DNA from: Amphiscolops sp. MND2022
Lineage: Eukaryota
Direction: 5' to 3'
Length of the DNA stretch: 64,000 nt
Assembly: GCA_964187785.1 (NCBI GenBank)
Contig: OZ076409.1
Coordinates: 372,001-436,000, forward strand
Shown: positions 37,901-50,280 of the stretch, piece by piece
How the letters are laid out: every line of letters begins with the position of its first letter
Position numbering within the stretch: position 1 is the stretch's first letter
Program-made: the position numbers and the translations under genes
The notes under the pieces: generated by a model
What the model was told of the DNA's origin: nothing
What the model saw: the letters and a program-made list of their open reading frames with translations, nothing else
The model's database searches: none

Positions 37901-39400
37901 TAAAACGACTCCAGAAATCGACCTCCGCTCAAAATGTATCATACATCTCCTTTCATGATATATGTCTGACCTACAAGTTTCAAAAATTGGTAGAAAAACA
38001 AAAGATCATGGCTTATGGCTTACAAAATTCTGGACAAGCTGACGATTGAATGTCATCGTTTAGTATCAGGCCACCTGAACTTTTGTGCGTGCTGAATGTA
38101 GAGCAGTTTTACAAAGGGTTTGTCTCTGAGCGCAAAAAAATGAAGGTAGAAACTCTGAGACAAATTTTCGGGAGCAACTCTGAATTGTAAAATCTCTTGT
38201 TGCTTTTCTGCTTTCATTTGACTTTTTTGAAACTCCTTTACGACAAAGCAATGTTACAGTTAACCCGCATTTTGGAAGGCGCTTCTAAAGGCGATATATT
38301 CACATTTCAACTTTATACATAGTAACCTCTCAACTATTTCACTATTTAAATCACCTAACACAAATTCAATAACGCAGGAGGTTCTTGACAAGAGCAATTA
38401 CACGAACTGGCCCAAAATGAACGTTACAAGGTGTGCCGGATTTGTTTTTCCTCTCAAATATGGCTCAGTTCGCCGCTTGCAGTTTCCTCCTTTTACTAAC
38501 TATGTGGCCATGACAGTACATAAACTAATGGGCGATACTTTCACAGATCTAGCAACATCGATTTCAGCTTAGGAAAACAAAAATTTTAGCGTCTTCCGGT
38601 CTTCTCTCTCGTGTTTTCCCTGCCTCGGACTGCTTCGCCACCCGCATATCGAGTTGCTGTCACCTAAATCCACTATTGCATTCAGAGAAGTTTTTATCTC
38701 TAATTGTGTGCGGCTGAAGTCAAGAAAAAACGGAATTCGAAAATGAATGAGTTATCGATTCGTGTCACTGAATTTTTTCCTAGTTAAAATTCGAATACCA
38801 TTGTGTTTATCATCGTAAAAAAATGTGCATAACTTTTGTGCCATCAATTTGAAAGAAAAAATATTCAATATGATAGAAATATAACAGCTCAGAACTGGTT
38901 ATTGTGTAGCAGGACGACATTGCAACTTCAACTGCCTTTACTGTGGCATCAGCAACGACCGTTTTTTTTCATTTCAACGCTTATCGGCATTACGTCTAAT
39001 TTCAAACAAATTCTCTTTCAATGAACAACTTATCAATGTTTAACTTTTTCAGATGAAATCAAATCCAATATCGGCCGTTGTTGGCCCAAATCAACCGTTC
39101 TTCTCTGACAACATTTACACGACAGATGTCATCACTCCCATTTCGAAACGGGATGTCTTCCTGTTTCTCAAAACGCGCATAGCATGGAAAGGGTACAAAA
39201 GTTTAAAATCAAGATCGTTACTTACAAGTGTCTGCTGGCACACATAAATTTCGTCCGTGCAGAGGTTATTTCATCCACTTATATCATTATGATAATCTTT
39301 TGATACTTTAACCGATCAGTTCGATTTTTCAACAGCCAGCCCTACAACTGTAAAAACATTTCGAAAGAGGTCTCCTTAATGAATTAGACTTGCAAGTAGA
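35000..39400 (+). mobile_element. Decayed autonomous Helitron-like (Helentron/Helitron2-type) Rep-helicase element inside DNAJC25 intron 3
   Basis: Rep motifs: EPLLFPSIFY..DGS.PG.IP (about 36380), SLFLTL (about 36875) and HUH motif WGRAEFQTLDGNLQHYHILIW (37099-37161). Pif1 motif V VRRLQFP..TNYVAMTVHKLMGDTF at 38468-38542. Many stops and frameshifts; boundaries approximate. Confidence 0.8.
36513..36705. repeat. Three perfect short tandem copies (about 60-70 bp)
   Basis: AGTGACCCTACTCTGGAGACTTCTTCAAATGCTAAATACATAGTTTGCCGCC x3. Confidence 0.9.
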
Positions 39401-40899
39401 GAAAGCCGATGGACAAAAAAGAAACCCGGTCTTCCGGTCTATAATCAAGTCTACAGTTCAAAACCAATACCTGAATAAAAGCTGTATAATGCATCCTAGC
39501 AACAAGCCATCAACTAAAATTAACCGTAATCGTTAACTCGTTCCTGGAAGTAGTTATTGTTGATAAAACAAAATTTATCTTGAATTGAAAAATTCGAAAT
39601 TGGATTTTCTCTACATCTTCTAGAGATCGACAGATTTTCACATAAACAAGACTCCATAGCATAGTGTAAGATTGATGGTGAAAAATATGAATGTGCTTGC
39701 TAGCAGCAGGTGCCTTCTGTACAATTGCATTTTCCCTCTTACAAAAATCTAGCTTTTTCCTTGAAAATCATTCTATGGCTAAACGAAAATCTCTTTTGAG
39801 TTCGTGATGGAATACGTAAAAAAATGATATACGTAAAAATATGATAGTCTCTCGTGAACTCTTCAGAGAGCTTCATTGGTAATTTATCTGGGTTACCTTA
39901 ACTGTTGTTATCATCAACTCATTACCAACAGCATTTCCACCAGCAGATCCTGGATTTCTCAGACTTCTGTTTTGCTGATCTACTCAGCTACATTTACAAA
40001 ATCGACATCCTTCTGTGGTTTTAGCATCTTTCTTGAATTTCTGTCGCTTGTGGAACAGCAAAACAGAAGTCCATCAGCACTACCAGCAACATGGTATTTT
40101 AAGCAGTCCTGAGCCAATGAATTCTTATCAAATAAATTATGATATTTTCGTTGTTGCTAATCCTAAAAACGCAATTGCTTCACGTATTTTTTTTTCGTTG
40201 AAAACTAAAACGGCCGCGATTAGTTGATTTACTTCATTAAATTGATGTTTAGTTGGAGTTTGTTGACAGTAGGCTTTGCGCACACACAATTGTTGTAGCA
40301 ATAGCAATCATTATACTGTGGTGAGTGAACATTGAACCACTGCTCAATAGTCATTGGTTTTTGGTGAAAGTATCGTATCTGGAATGCCAATAATTTAGGC
40401 AGATGCAGGCCTACATTTAAACGTTTAAAACTATTTGCTTAGACGGCAACTTATTCAGAAACATACTGATAATCGGAGAACGCACCTTTTTTGTCAACTT
40501 TTTCTCACACAAAAACTTGATCTTTCTATTATCAGATTCATTCTTCTTTGATTCGCCACTTCACGTTAATTATCCTTTCTGCATTCATTTTTTCCTTGTA
40601 GTAATTAGTCTTCAACTGTTGAACGGGACGATGGCCGAAAGTTTTCCATCTAAAGTACAAAACAATGTCAAATGACGCGTTTCTTTCTCTTTCTCTTTAC
40701 CACTAAATTGAACACTTCAATTTTGTGACAGTTATTGAAATCGAACTGAATGTAACAGCGGCTTTTTTGATTGCTCCCTGCAAAAAAATTCTTTCGGACA
40801 GATTAGGTTTAATGAGTGTTTTTTTCAGTGCAATTCATCAAGACATTTTCGAAATGTTTGCCTCTGCAAGATAACATCAAATTCCAAAGTAAATACACT

Positions 40900-41950
40900 A
40901 GTTCCAGTTTATCAGGACTCCGGTTTTTCCAAAAGTTCCGAGCCCTCGAAAAGATGTGTTGGAAGGATAGGAAGATTTCACTATGTCACATTCGGACAAC
41001 TCGTTTCGGAACAACCAAAGCCAATTCGATACAAGATTGAAGCTGTTTACCTTTATGCCAGTAAGTCACAGTAAAAGTACCAGACATTCCAATCAACACG
41101 GGGAAAGTTGACCCAAGTCAACAAAGAAATTTCAACGTTCGACAAATTTTTTGTCTTCGGAATTCCTGGAACTCCCCACGTGATGATAGCGTTCTTACAA
41201 GCACCACCTGCAACGAAGCATAATTTGAGATTTAGCAACAGCATGGCTCCTGGGAAAAATGTATTCATAATCATGCCTCGTGCATATATCGGTCCACAAA
41301 ATCCAGATAGTCGCCAACAATCCAATAATTACTGTTGTCACCAACTCAATCTGCCATCAATATATTGCCTCCTGCTGATGTCGATGCAGCCAACTACACC
41401 AGCTTCGATTTCGTAACACGGGCGTTAAACATATTTTGAGCTACTCCTCAAGATAATGTCTGCACAGGGTCCTTTTGCGACGCCCAAACAAATGCAGCAG
41501 CTTGTCCATGCACCACTTGCGACCCCTACAAGCATTGGGCTCTTAGTATCACTTTCTCTTGTGACGAATTCCGTGACATTGCAAGAGACCAAGTGATGCT
41601 TACATCATTGAAAACAGCTGCGGTTTTCATTACGGATGATAAACTTCAGTGGCCATTGACAAACGATACGATCGATCCATTCGATTTAGACGACCCCATA
41701 AGTTTTGTTGCTACTTTCTCAAAAAGCTTTTCTCCATAACTACTTATATCTGAATCACTTGTCTAAATGAACAAATGTTACAGGTGCGTAACGTAGCTAA
41801 TTTGGTCAACGTTGAACAGGGTTTCCGCCTAAAAGGATGGTTCAAACCTGGTGTAACGGAAAATGGAGTAACAAAGGAAACTTCTTCGCTTCGTGTGCTC
41901 GTTAGCACCTAATGCACCGCTCACAGAGGAAGAAAAACGCCAGATGTATA
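40900..41950 (+). pseudogene. Decayed spliced accessory gene, probably part of the Helitron-like element
   Basis: Protein-like fragments FDKFFVFG, GSFCDAQTNAAACPC (about 41467) and, after a tacAG acceptor, NVEQGFRLKGWFKPG (about 41810-41852); lies next to the Rep-Hel remnant. Confidence 0.4.
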
Positions 41951-43054
41951 AAGATAGAGGTAATAAAGTTTCCTTGTAAACTTTTCTCACAACATGAGTG
42001 CTTTTGTTCGTTTTGTGCCCAATATGGATAACTACCCAAAGTACAAAATATTTAGAAATGAATTCCGATGACTGTGCCCGTCCATCGGCTGCCAAGATAC
42101 CCAAATTGGGATAATTCGACTTGCTTCACAGTAAAGCAACAACCAAATGATTCCTAAGTCTTGAAGCCAGTGTCTAAATGAACACTATGTTGAACACATT
42201 TGAACATAATCTGCTATATATCTCCTTGGTGTTTCATGAAACTCTTCAATCAAGATTTCTCGTCCTTATTACATCGAAGAATCATTTATTGTAACAGCTT
42301 ATGTTATAATCTCTATTGCCTTGAATCCATAGCATTCATTTATTTCGAACTGTGTTTCGCTCTTATATCATTGATTCCCAGCACTTTCTTGGAAAATGAC
42401 GTTTTTGTATTTTATCTTTTGCATCTTTCTATAGTGTTGACACAGCAAAACTTTTCCTCCTTTTCATAAAGAATTAAACAGAGAGCATATCAAAATTGAT
42501 TGTGAAGTATCTGGTTTTTGGTTTTTATCAAAATTGAGTGATTAAACGATGGTACCCCAAACATGGAGTAGACTTGATTATTTTGTACCAATGGACCTTC
42601 TTAGAAAATCAATTGCTTTAAATTCGATGAATATCGTTTTTTTGCATCCATTTGGTACAATTAAACAATTAACTACACTCCTTACCAATCTCACTTCCGA
42701 TAGAGATGTGAATGAACGTTGATCAATTGCCATGCAAAGTTGGACTTTTCGCAATAATTTCACTAGCCATAACACTGTTTATATTTCCAAATCATTGCAC
42801 GGTTTAAACATCACGTTTCATTAGTATTGATTGCTTTGGATTCCAGACGTCAACGTTCGTAACTTCAACTCCACATACCTTATCGACGCCCATGGTCCGT
42901 AGGCATGCCTTTCGACGACCTACGCCAAATACCATATGCAACGCAGTCTGTTCCGCCAGTAAATGTAATGTATGTATTCTTATACTAATGTTTTTGTTAT
43001 ATCTTCATTTCAATTATTATTTAGGGGTGTGGGTGTTGTGACTAGACTAGAATC

Positions 43055-43058
<4 letters not shown>

Positions 43059-43096
<38 letters not shown>
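43059..43096. repeat. (AG)n microsatellite beside the DNAJC25 exon 3 donor
   Basis: Read directly. Confidence 0.95.
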
Positions 43097-43100
<4 letters not shown>

Positions 43101-43105
43101 CTAAC

Positions 43106-43439
43106 CGGCGGTACTTCTTCAACCTGGCGTTGTTGGCCATCTGCAGCTTCTGCTCCTCGTCCTTCTCGCGCTTGTACTCGAGGAAGTTCTCCCTGTCCCA
43201 CAGCTTCAGCTCCAGGTACTCTTCAATCTGTTTGTCCTCCACACAGTTGAACTGTCCCTCAGTCAGCTGCAGGTGTCTCCTGATCTTGTACAGCTGCTGC
43301 TCCCTGTCCAGGGGCCTCTTCAGCAGCACGTGATTGACCAGGTACTGCAGGTGCCACTTCGCACCCACCAGCTGTTTGTAGGGCCACGTGAACAGCTGCA
43401 CCCACAGAATGTTGTACACACTCGGCTTGCAGTAGCCCC
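43106..43439 (-). CDS. DNAJC25: DNAJC25 exon 3
   Basis: GGYCKPSVYNILWVQLFTWPY...LWDRENFLEYKREKDEEQKLQMANNARLKKYRR; aacAG / GTTAGA. Confidence 0.92.
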
Positions 43440-43468
43440 CTGTTCAGTGTGAGTGAGTGACCACGAGT

Positions 43469-43515
43469 AACAACAACAACAACAACAACAACAACTACTA
43501 CTACTACTACACTAC
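43469..43515. repeat. Compound (AAC)n(TAC)n microsatellite beside the DNAJC25 exon 3 acceptor
   Basis: Read directly. Confidence 0.95.
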
Positions 43516-43916
43516 AGTCAGGGTTGGTAAAAGTTTTTTTTTAAAAAAAACGTTTTTTTCCAAAAAATTTTTTTTCTACAATTATCGTAATTACTTTTTT
43601 AACTTTGGATTTTTACACTGCTCTTGTATTTGTGAAATCTGTATTTTATCATGATGTGAGGAAATTCAGCAAACATGTTTAAAACGTATTTTTTCTTAAT
43701 TTAATTAAAAACACATTTTGTCAGATATTTAAAAACTAGGATTTATGCAGAAACTCTTAATGGTAAAACAAAAGTTAAAACCAAATAAGTAAAATTATTC
43801 TGGTTGACATTTTTTGTTTGAGTTTTGGACCTACGTTACTCTTTTATAGTCTGAAAAAAACAGCACTTTACCAGATTATCCCCAAATGACCGCGAGTGAC
43901 CAGAAGAAGTAAGAAT

Positions 43917-44321
43917 CGTGCAGACAAAAGCGCCCCACTACAAAGCGCCTAGCTAAAATTTGAGCTGATTTCATCTCCTCTAATTAAATATAATTAAAGG
44001 TGTTCAAACAAAATCACATTTCATTGGTAACACCTTGTTTAACATTTTCAATTGAAAACGACATGAATTGCAATTGAAAACGACCTAAATTGTTCATTTT
44101 GGCATTTGTTCCATTAAAATATTAACTTCTTAAAGAAGCAATTAGTCAAAACACTGTTTTACAATGAAATGCTCATAATTATTTAATTGGAGTGAGAAAC
44201 CTGAAGTTGATGGCTTCATAAATAATAAAAGAGTCAGCAAATTCCATGTAACGGCGTTTGATTGGGGCACTTTTGGCTGTATTTTGGGCGCTTTTGACTG
44301 GGACGCTTTTGTCTGGTAACC
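43917..44321. mobile_element. TIR MITE (Mutator-like)
   Basis: Flanking GTAAGAAT repeat; CAGACAAAAGCGCCCCA / TGGGACGCTTTTGTCTG arms. Confidence 0.65.
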
Positions 44322-44449
44322 GTAAGAATAACAACATCACTACAGTACAGTGATTTGACGTGTATTACCGTAGCTTGTACCGTTACAAAAGAATTGAGTT
44401 AAAGATACAAGCGAATACATCCACGATTGTTTTCTACAATACCGGACAA

Positions 44450-44680
44450 GTTCTGTCTGTATTATGAATTATCGCAAAGCGTGTGAATGTATTGGGCAAA
44501 TATTTCTAATTTTTCCGAATGTCCTGATTTTATTGGAAATTATCCTGAAGTTTTGGAAATTTTAATTTGCCCGGCTTCATCTGCTGCTGTTGAAAGACTA
44601 TTTAGTTTATGTGGCTTGAGGACTTCCAATCGCCGTAATAAAACAAAAACCGAAATTGCTTCTTGAATCGAGATTGCATC
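44450..44680 (+). pseudogene. hAT transposase C-terminal dimerisation domain remnant
   Basis: ICPASSAAVERLFSLCGLRTSNRRN read at about 44565-44640. Confidence 0.7.
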
Positions 44681-44692
44681 TCTGCTCTTGCA

Positions 44693-45694
44693 TTTTTAGT
44701 CAGCTCTTCATGAAGTGAAACGCGACTATTATAGTGACTCTTTTTTCAATCCACACGAACTGACCAAAATAGTTCTACAAAATTTTATGGTCCCAAATTG
44801 ATACATTTGGCCTAGCGAACTGAGCCAAAAAAGTTTTTCCTCTTTTTCTGCGTAACATACCATACCGGGAGAGACTAAAGAGTCCCCCCTTTCAGTTTTT
44901 TTCATCACAGACTTTTTTTCGAAAAAAAATTTCCCCAAAGGGCCCCCCCTTCAATTTTTCGATGTTTTGCGACAGAATGGATGTTGAAAAATCCCAAAGG
45001 GTCCCCCCTTTCAGTTTTTTCGGCATTGTGAGACTTTTTTCGGAAATTTTTTTAACCAAATTTTTTTCACCGTTCAATGTTTTGCAAGAATGGATGTTAA
45101 AAAAGCGAAAGGATCCTTCTTTTAGCGCGCCAGTTCCGTCGTTTGGATTTTTCCTGAGTTTGATACTTTAAGTGTTTTGACACTTTCATGTCCTTTCGCA
45201 ATTTTTAGTCGGCGCTTTTCTAGTGAAAAGTTCCCGACTCTTACAGTGGCTAGTTTTTTTCGTTTTTTTTCGTCAGACCAGAGACCTCATCGCGTATGTA
45301 CCACTTTTTACAGAAACTGATAAAACTACTCAGGCCAAGTCCAGCCAATGCAAACTTAGTGCAAAGGGTCCCCCCTTCATTTTTAACCTTTTTACGTAAC
45401 CTACAAAACCAGAAGAGGCTAAAGGGTCCCCCCTTTCAATTTTTTTCAGCACTGTGCGAATTTTTTTTTCGAAAATTTTTAATGTCTCAAAAGAGTCCCC
45501 TCTTCGGATTTTTTGATATTTTGCAACAGAATATATGTTAATAAAGCCCAAAGGGCCCCCCCTTTTACATTTTTCGGCACTATGCGACATTTTCTGAAAG
45601 AAAAAATCAAAAATTTCATGTTTTTTTCAAAAGAAGTCTTTTGCGCTTTTTGAGCCTTAGATATGGCGCCGACTTATACCGTTGCCGGCTTGTT
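44693..45694 (+). mobile_element. Two adjoining Helentron/DINE-1-like family A copies (44693-45201 and 45202-45694)
   Basis: The second copy starts in the T-run near the first copy's 3' end and has both termini. Confidence 0.78.
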
Positions 45695-46410
45695 TCCAAG
45701 AATATTTAGGTAAATATATATAAAAAGAATTTTTAAAATACCGTTTACGGTCCTCTAGTATCTCCGAATACCTAGTTACATACACGAAATTTTGAATGTT
45801 ATACTTAAAATACCGAGTACCGGAAATTTTATACACATCAAACCACTGCTAACAAGCCTTTTAAAATATCAGAACTCCATTTCTTAAAAGTGCAAGTTTC
45901 GAATCCAGATATCTTGAAAACTGTCACCAATACAAAAATATGCCCGCTAAAAAATTTTATAAGAATTTTACCTAGTTTACAAAAATGTTTGTTTCAAACA
46001 AATTCTCAAATCAGGACAATTCAATAGCTTTGGGAGGTTATAAGGAATCTCCCAATATCTTTAATTTCCAAAAAAGTTGAATTTAAGCATCCAAATATCG
46101 AAAAAACTAAAATTTCAATTAAAATTTAATGAAATATGCGGATTCGAACTTTTCCAGTACGAGTCGTAATATTTCAAACAAACATTTTTGTAAACTAGGT
46201 AAAATTGTAAGAAACTTTTGTAGCTGGCAAAATTTTGTATTTGTGACAGTTTGCGAGTTATTTGGTTTTGAAGTTTGCCATTTTAAGCAATGGAGTTGCG
46301 ATATTTTAGAACGCTACCGTACTCCTACACCTACTACAGCTTTCTCAACATGCAACATGCTCGCTCTAGTAAGTAGTAGTTAGGGGTATGTGTAAGTGTG
46401 TGAGACTGAC

Positions 46411-46625
46411 CCTGTATGTCCATGTTTTCGGCGACAATGTCCCTGATCACGGCCTCCTTGAAGTTCTTCATCTCCTCCTTCAGCCCCTTGTTCACGCCCT
46501 TGCCCCTGGACTTGCTCCCGCCCCCGCCCCCGGTGCATTCGAAGAGGCCCCTCTGCTGGGCGATCTCGATGGCCTTGTTCCTGTACTTGGCCACCGTCAC
46601 CAGGTAGTTGATGGCCTCGTGGTAC
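46411..46625 (-). CDS. DNAJC25: DNAJC25 exon 2
   Basis: YHEAINYLVTVAKYRNKAIEIAQQRGL...ENMDIQG; uncommon ttGAG acceptor; GTCAGT donor. Confidence 0.9.
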
Positions 46626-46689
46626 CTCAAACAAACACACCTCCTCACTTGCAGTCAACTGACTCGTGTACTGAAAATAGTGCATCTTG

Positions 46690-47036
46690 TTTTTAGTCGG
46701 CGGGGCAAGGACAAATGCCCGATTCTTACAGCGATCTTTTTATTTTTCTTCAGAGATGACAGACCTCACACTGATCGGTCCACTTTTTATACAGAAACTA
46801 CTCAGGCGAAAGCAAACTTAGTGCAAAGGGTCCCCCCTTTCATTTTTTGTTTTTTCGAGTTAACCTACAAAACCGGACGAGACTAAAAGGTCCCCCTTTC
46901 GATTTTTTCTCGGCACTGTGCGACTACTTTCCGAAAGAAGAAAAGTTTCAAAAATTTCAAGTTTTTTTTCCAAAAAAATGTTTTGCGCTTTTTGAGCCGT
47001 AGATATAGCGCCGACTTTAGACGTTGTCGTCTTGTT
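46690..47036 (+). mobile_element. Helentron/DINE-1-like family A
   Basis: TTTTAGTCGGCGGGGC..GCCCGA start; GCGCCGACTTTAGACGTTGTCGTCTTGTT end. Confidence 0.8.
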
Positions 47037-47149
47037 CGTGTATCTTCCTCTAGTGCATCGGTATCGTGTACAAAAATGATCATGTACGGTACTTTACATG
47101 TATCGATTTCAATTCACTACTCACTCGTCTGCAGGAGAATTAGTTGAAT

Positions 47150-47599
47150 AACAAGCCGAGAACGGCATAAGTCGGCGCCATATCTAAGGCTCAAAAATAG
47201 CAAAAGGACTTCGAAGTGTCAAGTATTCTCTTATACAGTACCCAAAAAACCCAAAAGTTCCACCGAATTGGCGCACCAGAGGGGACCCTTTGGGATTTTT
47301 CAACTCCCGTTCTGTCAGAAAACTCCAAACAAAATTGAAGGGGGACCCCGAGGGGATTTTTTTCCAAAAAAAGTCTCACAGAGCCGAAAATACTCTTTGG
47401 CCCCGTAGACATTCTTAGATGATGTAAAATACTACTTCGTAAGCTTTTGCGCCATTATTTATAAATTTGCCAATAAAAGTAAAAATTGTAAGAATTGTAA
47501 GAAAAGTGGACCATTCAAAGTGAGATTGTCAACTGAAAAAAAACTACCCACTGTAACAGTCGGGCTTTTTTCCTGACGGGAAAAGGGGCCGACTAAAAA
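47150..47599 (-). mobile_element. Helentron/DINE-1-like family A
   Basis: AACAAGCCGAGAACGGCATAAGTCGGCGCC ... GGGGCCGACTAAAAA; part of it is re-copied at 48079-48396. Confidence 0.8.
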
Positions 47600-48875
47600 C
47601 CACCCCCTCCTTTCGTCGCCACTTGCACTGCACTCGTGCATTTGCAGCATGCCGTTTCCACTTTCAACCGTTTCCCCTTCCAATTTGAACATGCGCATTC
47701 GGAGGGCACGCTTCAAACCAACTATGCAAATCTCGTGACCTCACTTGACCGCCTCTCACCATAGCCATCACTCCAGTGGTCGAAAGAGCATAAGACGAAA
47801 GGCGTCGGGCGGGATCGTTTGCATTCATTCTTTGCAGCAGTAGTAAAAAAACTCTCAACGAACTATTCAATACAGTTGGATCCGACCGAAAAAATGATTT
47901 GGCCAGATTCAAACTGAACTGCATCACAAAACGTGGTAGTTCGAACATTTCAAAACCCACCCAAAACACTCAAGGTACGCTATTTTATATTATATGAAGG
48001 TACTGTTTGGACAGCCGGAAATGTGGCGTTGCTGAGACGATGGTTGCTCTTGTTTAAGATTCGTGTTAATATAATTGAGGGGACCCTTTGGGATTTTTCA
48101 ACTCCCGTTCTGTCAGAAAACTCCAAACAAAATTGAAGGGGGACCCCGAGGGGATTTTTTTCCAAAAAAAGTCTCACAGAGCCGAAAATACTCTTTGGCC
48201 CCGTAGACATTCTTAGATGATGTAAAATACTACTTCGTAAGCTTTTGCGCCATTATTTATAAATTTGCCAATAAAAGTAAAAATTGTAAGAATTGTAAGA
48301 AAAGTGGACCATTCAAAGTGAGATTGTCAACTGAAAAAAACTACCCACTGTAACAGTCGGGCTTTTTTCCTGACGGGAAAAGGGGCCGACTAAAAACCAC
48401 CCCCTCCTTTCGTCGCCACTTGCACTGCACTCGTGCATTTGCAGCATGCCGTTTCCACTTTCAACCGTTTCCCCTTCCAATTTGAACATGCGCATTCGGA
48501 GGGCACGCTTCAAACCAACTATGCAAATCTCGTGACCTCACTTGACCGCCTCTCACCATAGCCATCACTCCAGTGGTCGAAAGAGCATAAGACGAAAGGT
48601 GTCGGGCGGGATCGTTTGCATTCATTCTTTGCAGCAGTAGTAAAAAAACTCTCAACGAACTATTCAATACAGTTGGATCCGACCGAAAAAATGATTTGGC
48701 CAGATTCAAACTGAACTGCATCACAAAACGTGGTAGTTCGAACATTTCAAAACCCACCCAAAACACTCAAGGTACGCTATTTTATATTATATGAAGGTAC
48801 TGTTTGGACAGCCGGAAATGTGGCGTTGCTGAGACGATGGTTGCTCTTGTTTAAGATTCGTGTTAATATAATTGA
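47281..48875. repeat. Near-perfect tandem duplication, unit about 797 bp
   Basis: 47281-48078 versus 48079-48875; I could see only one A-run indel and one C/T difference. Confidence 0.92.
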
Positions 48876-48997
48876 AAGGCATTACTTGAGACGTCCAAAT
48901 GTTAATACAACAAGCAAAAATTGAATGAATTTAAGCAGGACGTTCTGAAATGAAGATGTCCCGAGTGGTTTCGGGATACTTGCAGAAAGATGAGATA

Positions 48998-49174
48998 CAG
49001 TGGAATCGGCCTAAATCGTATCGCTAGGGACCGAATAAAATAGTACTAATAGTGAGAAATACGAATTAACCGAATGGCATCACTTTGATCGGGGCCCACG
49101 AAATGGGGCCTCAAATCCATACGAATTAGACGAAAATTCGAATTATTCCGATACGAATTAACCGGAGTTCACTG
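48998..49174. mobile_element. pogo/Tigger-type MITE
   Basis: TA-CAGTGGAATCGGCCTAAATCGTATCG ... CGATACGAATTAACCGGAGTTCACTG-TA. Confidence 0.72.
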
Positions 49175-49380
49175 TAGAATGTTGCAACATTGAATTGAGA
49201 TGACCCATCACACGGGAGTTTGGGAGACGCTGCCGGGTAATCACACTGAGTAAGCGAGTGACTGAGTGGGGACTGACGGGAAGCGGGAATAACGTCTAAA
49301 GCCAAGTCATGCTCATTCCCTGCATTGAAACGTTGAACTTAGACGTTATTCCCGTGACACTTTGAGGTGACTGGACTGAC

Positions 49381-49805
49381 CTGTGCCAGGAGGCGTAGTA
49401 CTGGATGGCGGAGATGACGGACACGGCGACCACCAGCACCAGTCGCACGTCCACGCTGGGCGCCCTGCGTCGGTAGTAGCGGTAGTAGTGTCTGTACACC
49501 TGGTCGGGGTTGTCCAGCAAAGAGTTGTACTCGGCACGCGTGTCCTCGTCCTTCAGCGTCTCGTACGCGGTGGCCACGCGGATGAACTTGGTCTGCTGCT
49601 CGTGCTCCTTGTCGGCACTGTGCGAGTCGGGGTGCAGCTCGCGCGCCAGTCTGCGGTACGCCTTCTTGATCTCCTGCGCACTCGCGTCTCTGCCCACGCC
49701 CAACACGTCGTAGCAGTTCTCCAGGCCACAATACAGTCCCTCGATCAGCCCCAGGGCCCCCCGTGCACACACGCCCCACCAACACAAACAGTACAAGAGA
49801 TACAT
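49381..49805 (-). CDS. DNAJC25: DNAJC25 coding exon 1 (signal peptide, J domain, TM)
   Basis: MYLLYCLCWWGVCARGALGLIEGLYCGLENCYDVLGV...HPD...RLVLVVAVSVISAIQYY; GTCAGT donor. Confidence 0.93.
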
Positions 49806-50012
49806 CACATCACACACCTGAAACAACACATCACACACCCACACATCATCACAATCACAGGACATTACATGAACGTAAAGAAAACACCGAAATACGCCGC
49901 CAAGCGGAACTTTTTGCACTCCTCTCCATCTCACACTTGGTGCTGCTGCTAAACCTCGTTATTTTTGCTCTTTTTCAGATGCTTGATAATGTCAGCTGTT
50001 GTTGAAAGTGCG

Positions 50013-50280
50013 TTTTTAGTCGGCGTTTTCGAAGCCTCCTCCAAGGGCTAGTTTTTCCGTCAGTTCAACGTGATCCGTCCACTTTTTGTGCACTGTTCAT
50101 TTAGTACTTGACTTGGAACGCATCCAAAGCCTCTAAAATGAAAAAAAAACATTCCAGAGCAAAAGGTTGTTTCAAAACTTTTTTGTGTTTTTCGTTAAAA
50201 AACGTCCTGAGCAATTTTTAAAACGTTGCGCATTTTGAGCCTTAGGTATGGCGCCGAATTAAGACGTTCCCGTCTTCTTT
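50013..50280 (+). mobile_element. Helentron/DINE-1-like family A, short copy
   Basis: TTTTAGTCGGCG start; GGCGCCGAATTAAGACGTTCCCGTCTT end. Confidence 0.72.

Larger units (their letters stand above)
31311..49805 (-). other. DNAJC25: DnaJ homolog subfamily C member 25 gene span (339 aa, 4 coding exons)
   Basis: Exons 49805-49381, 46625-46411, 43439-43106 and 31356-31311 sum to 1020 nt in frame. Signal peptide, LIEGLYCGLENCYDVLG J-domain with HPD, TM segments, and C-terminus KYRRWIKNHGVGRMTFED. Confidence 0.95.
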
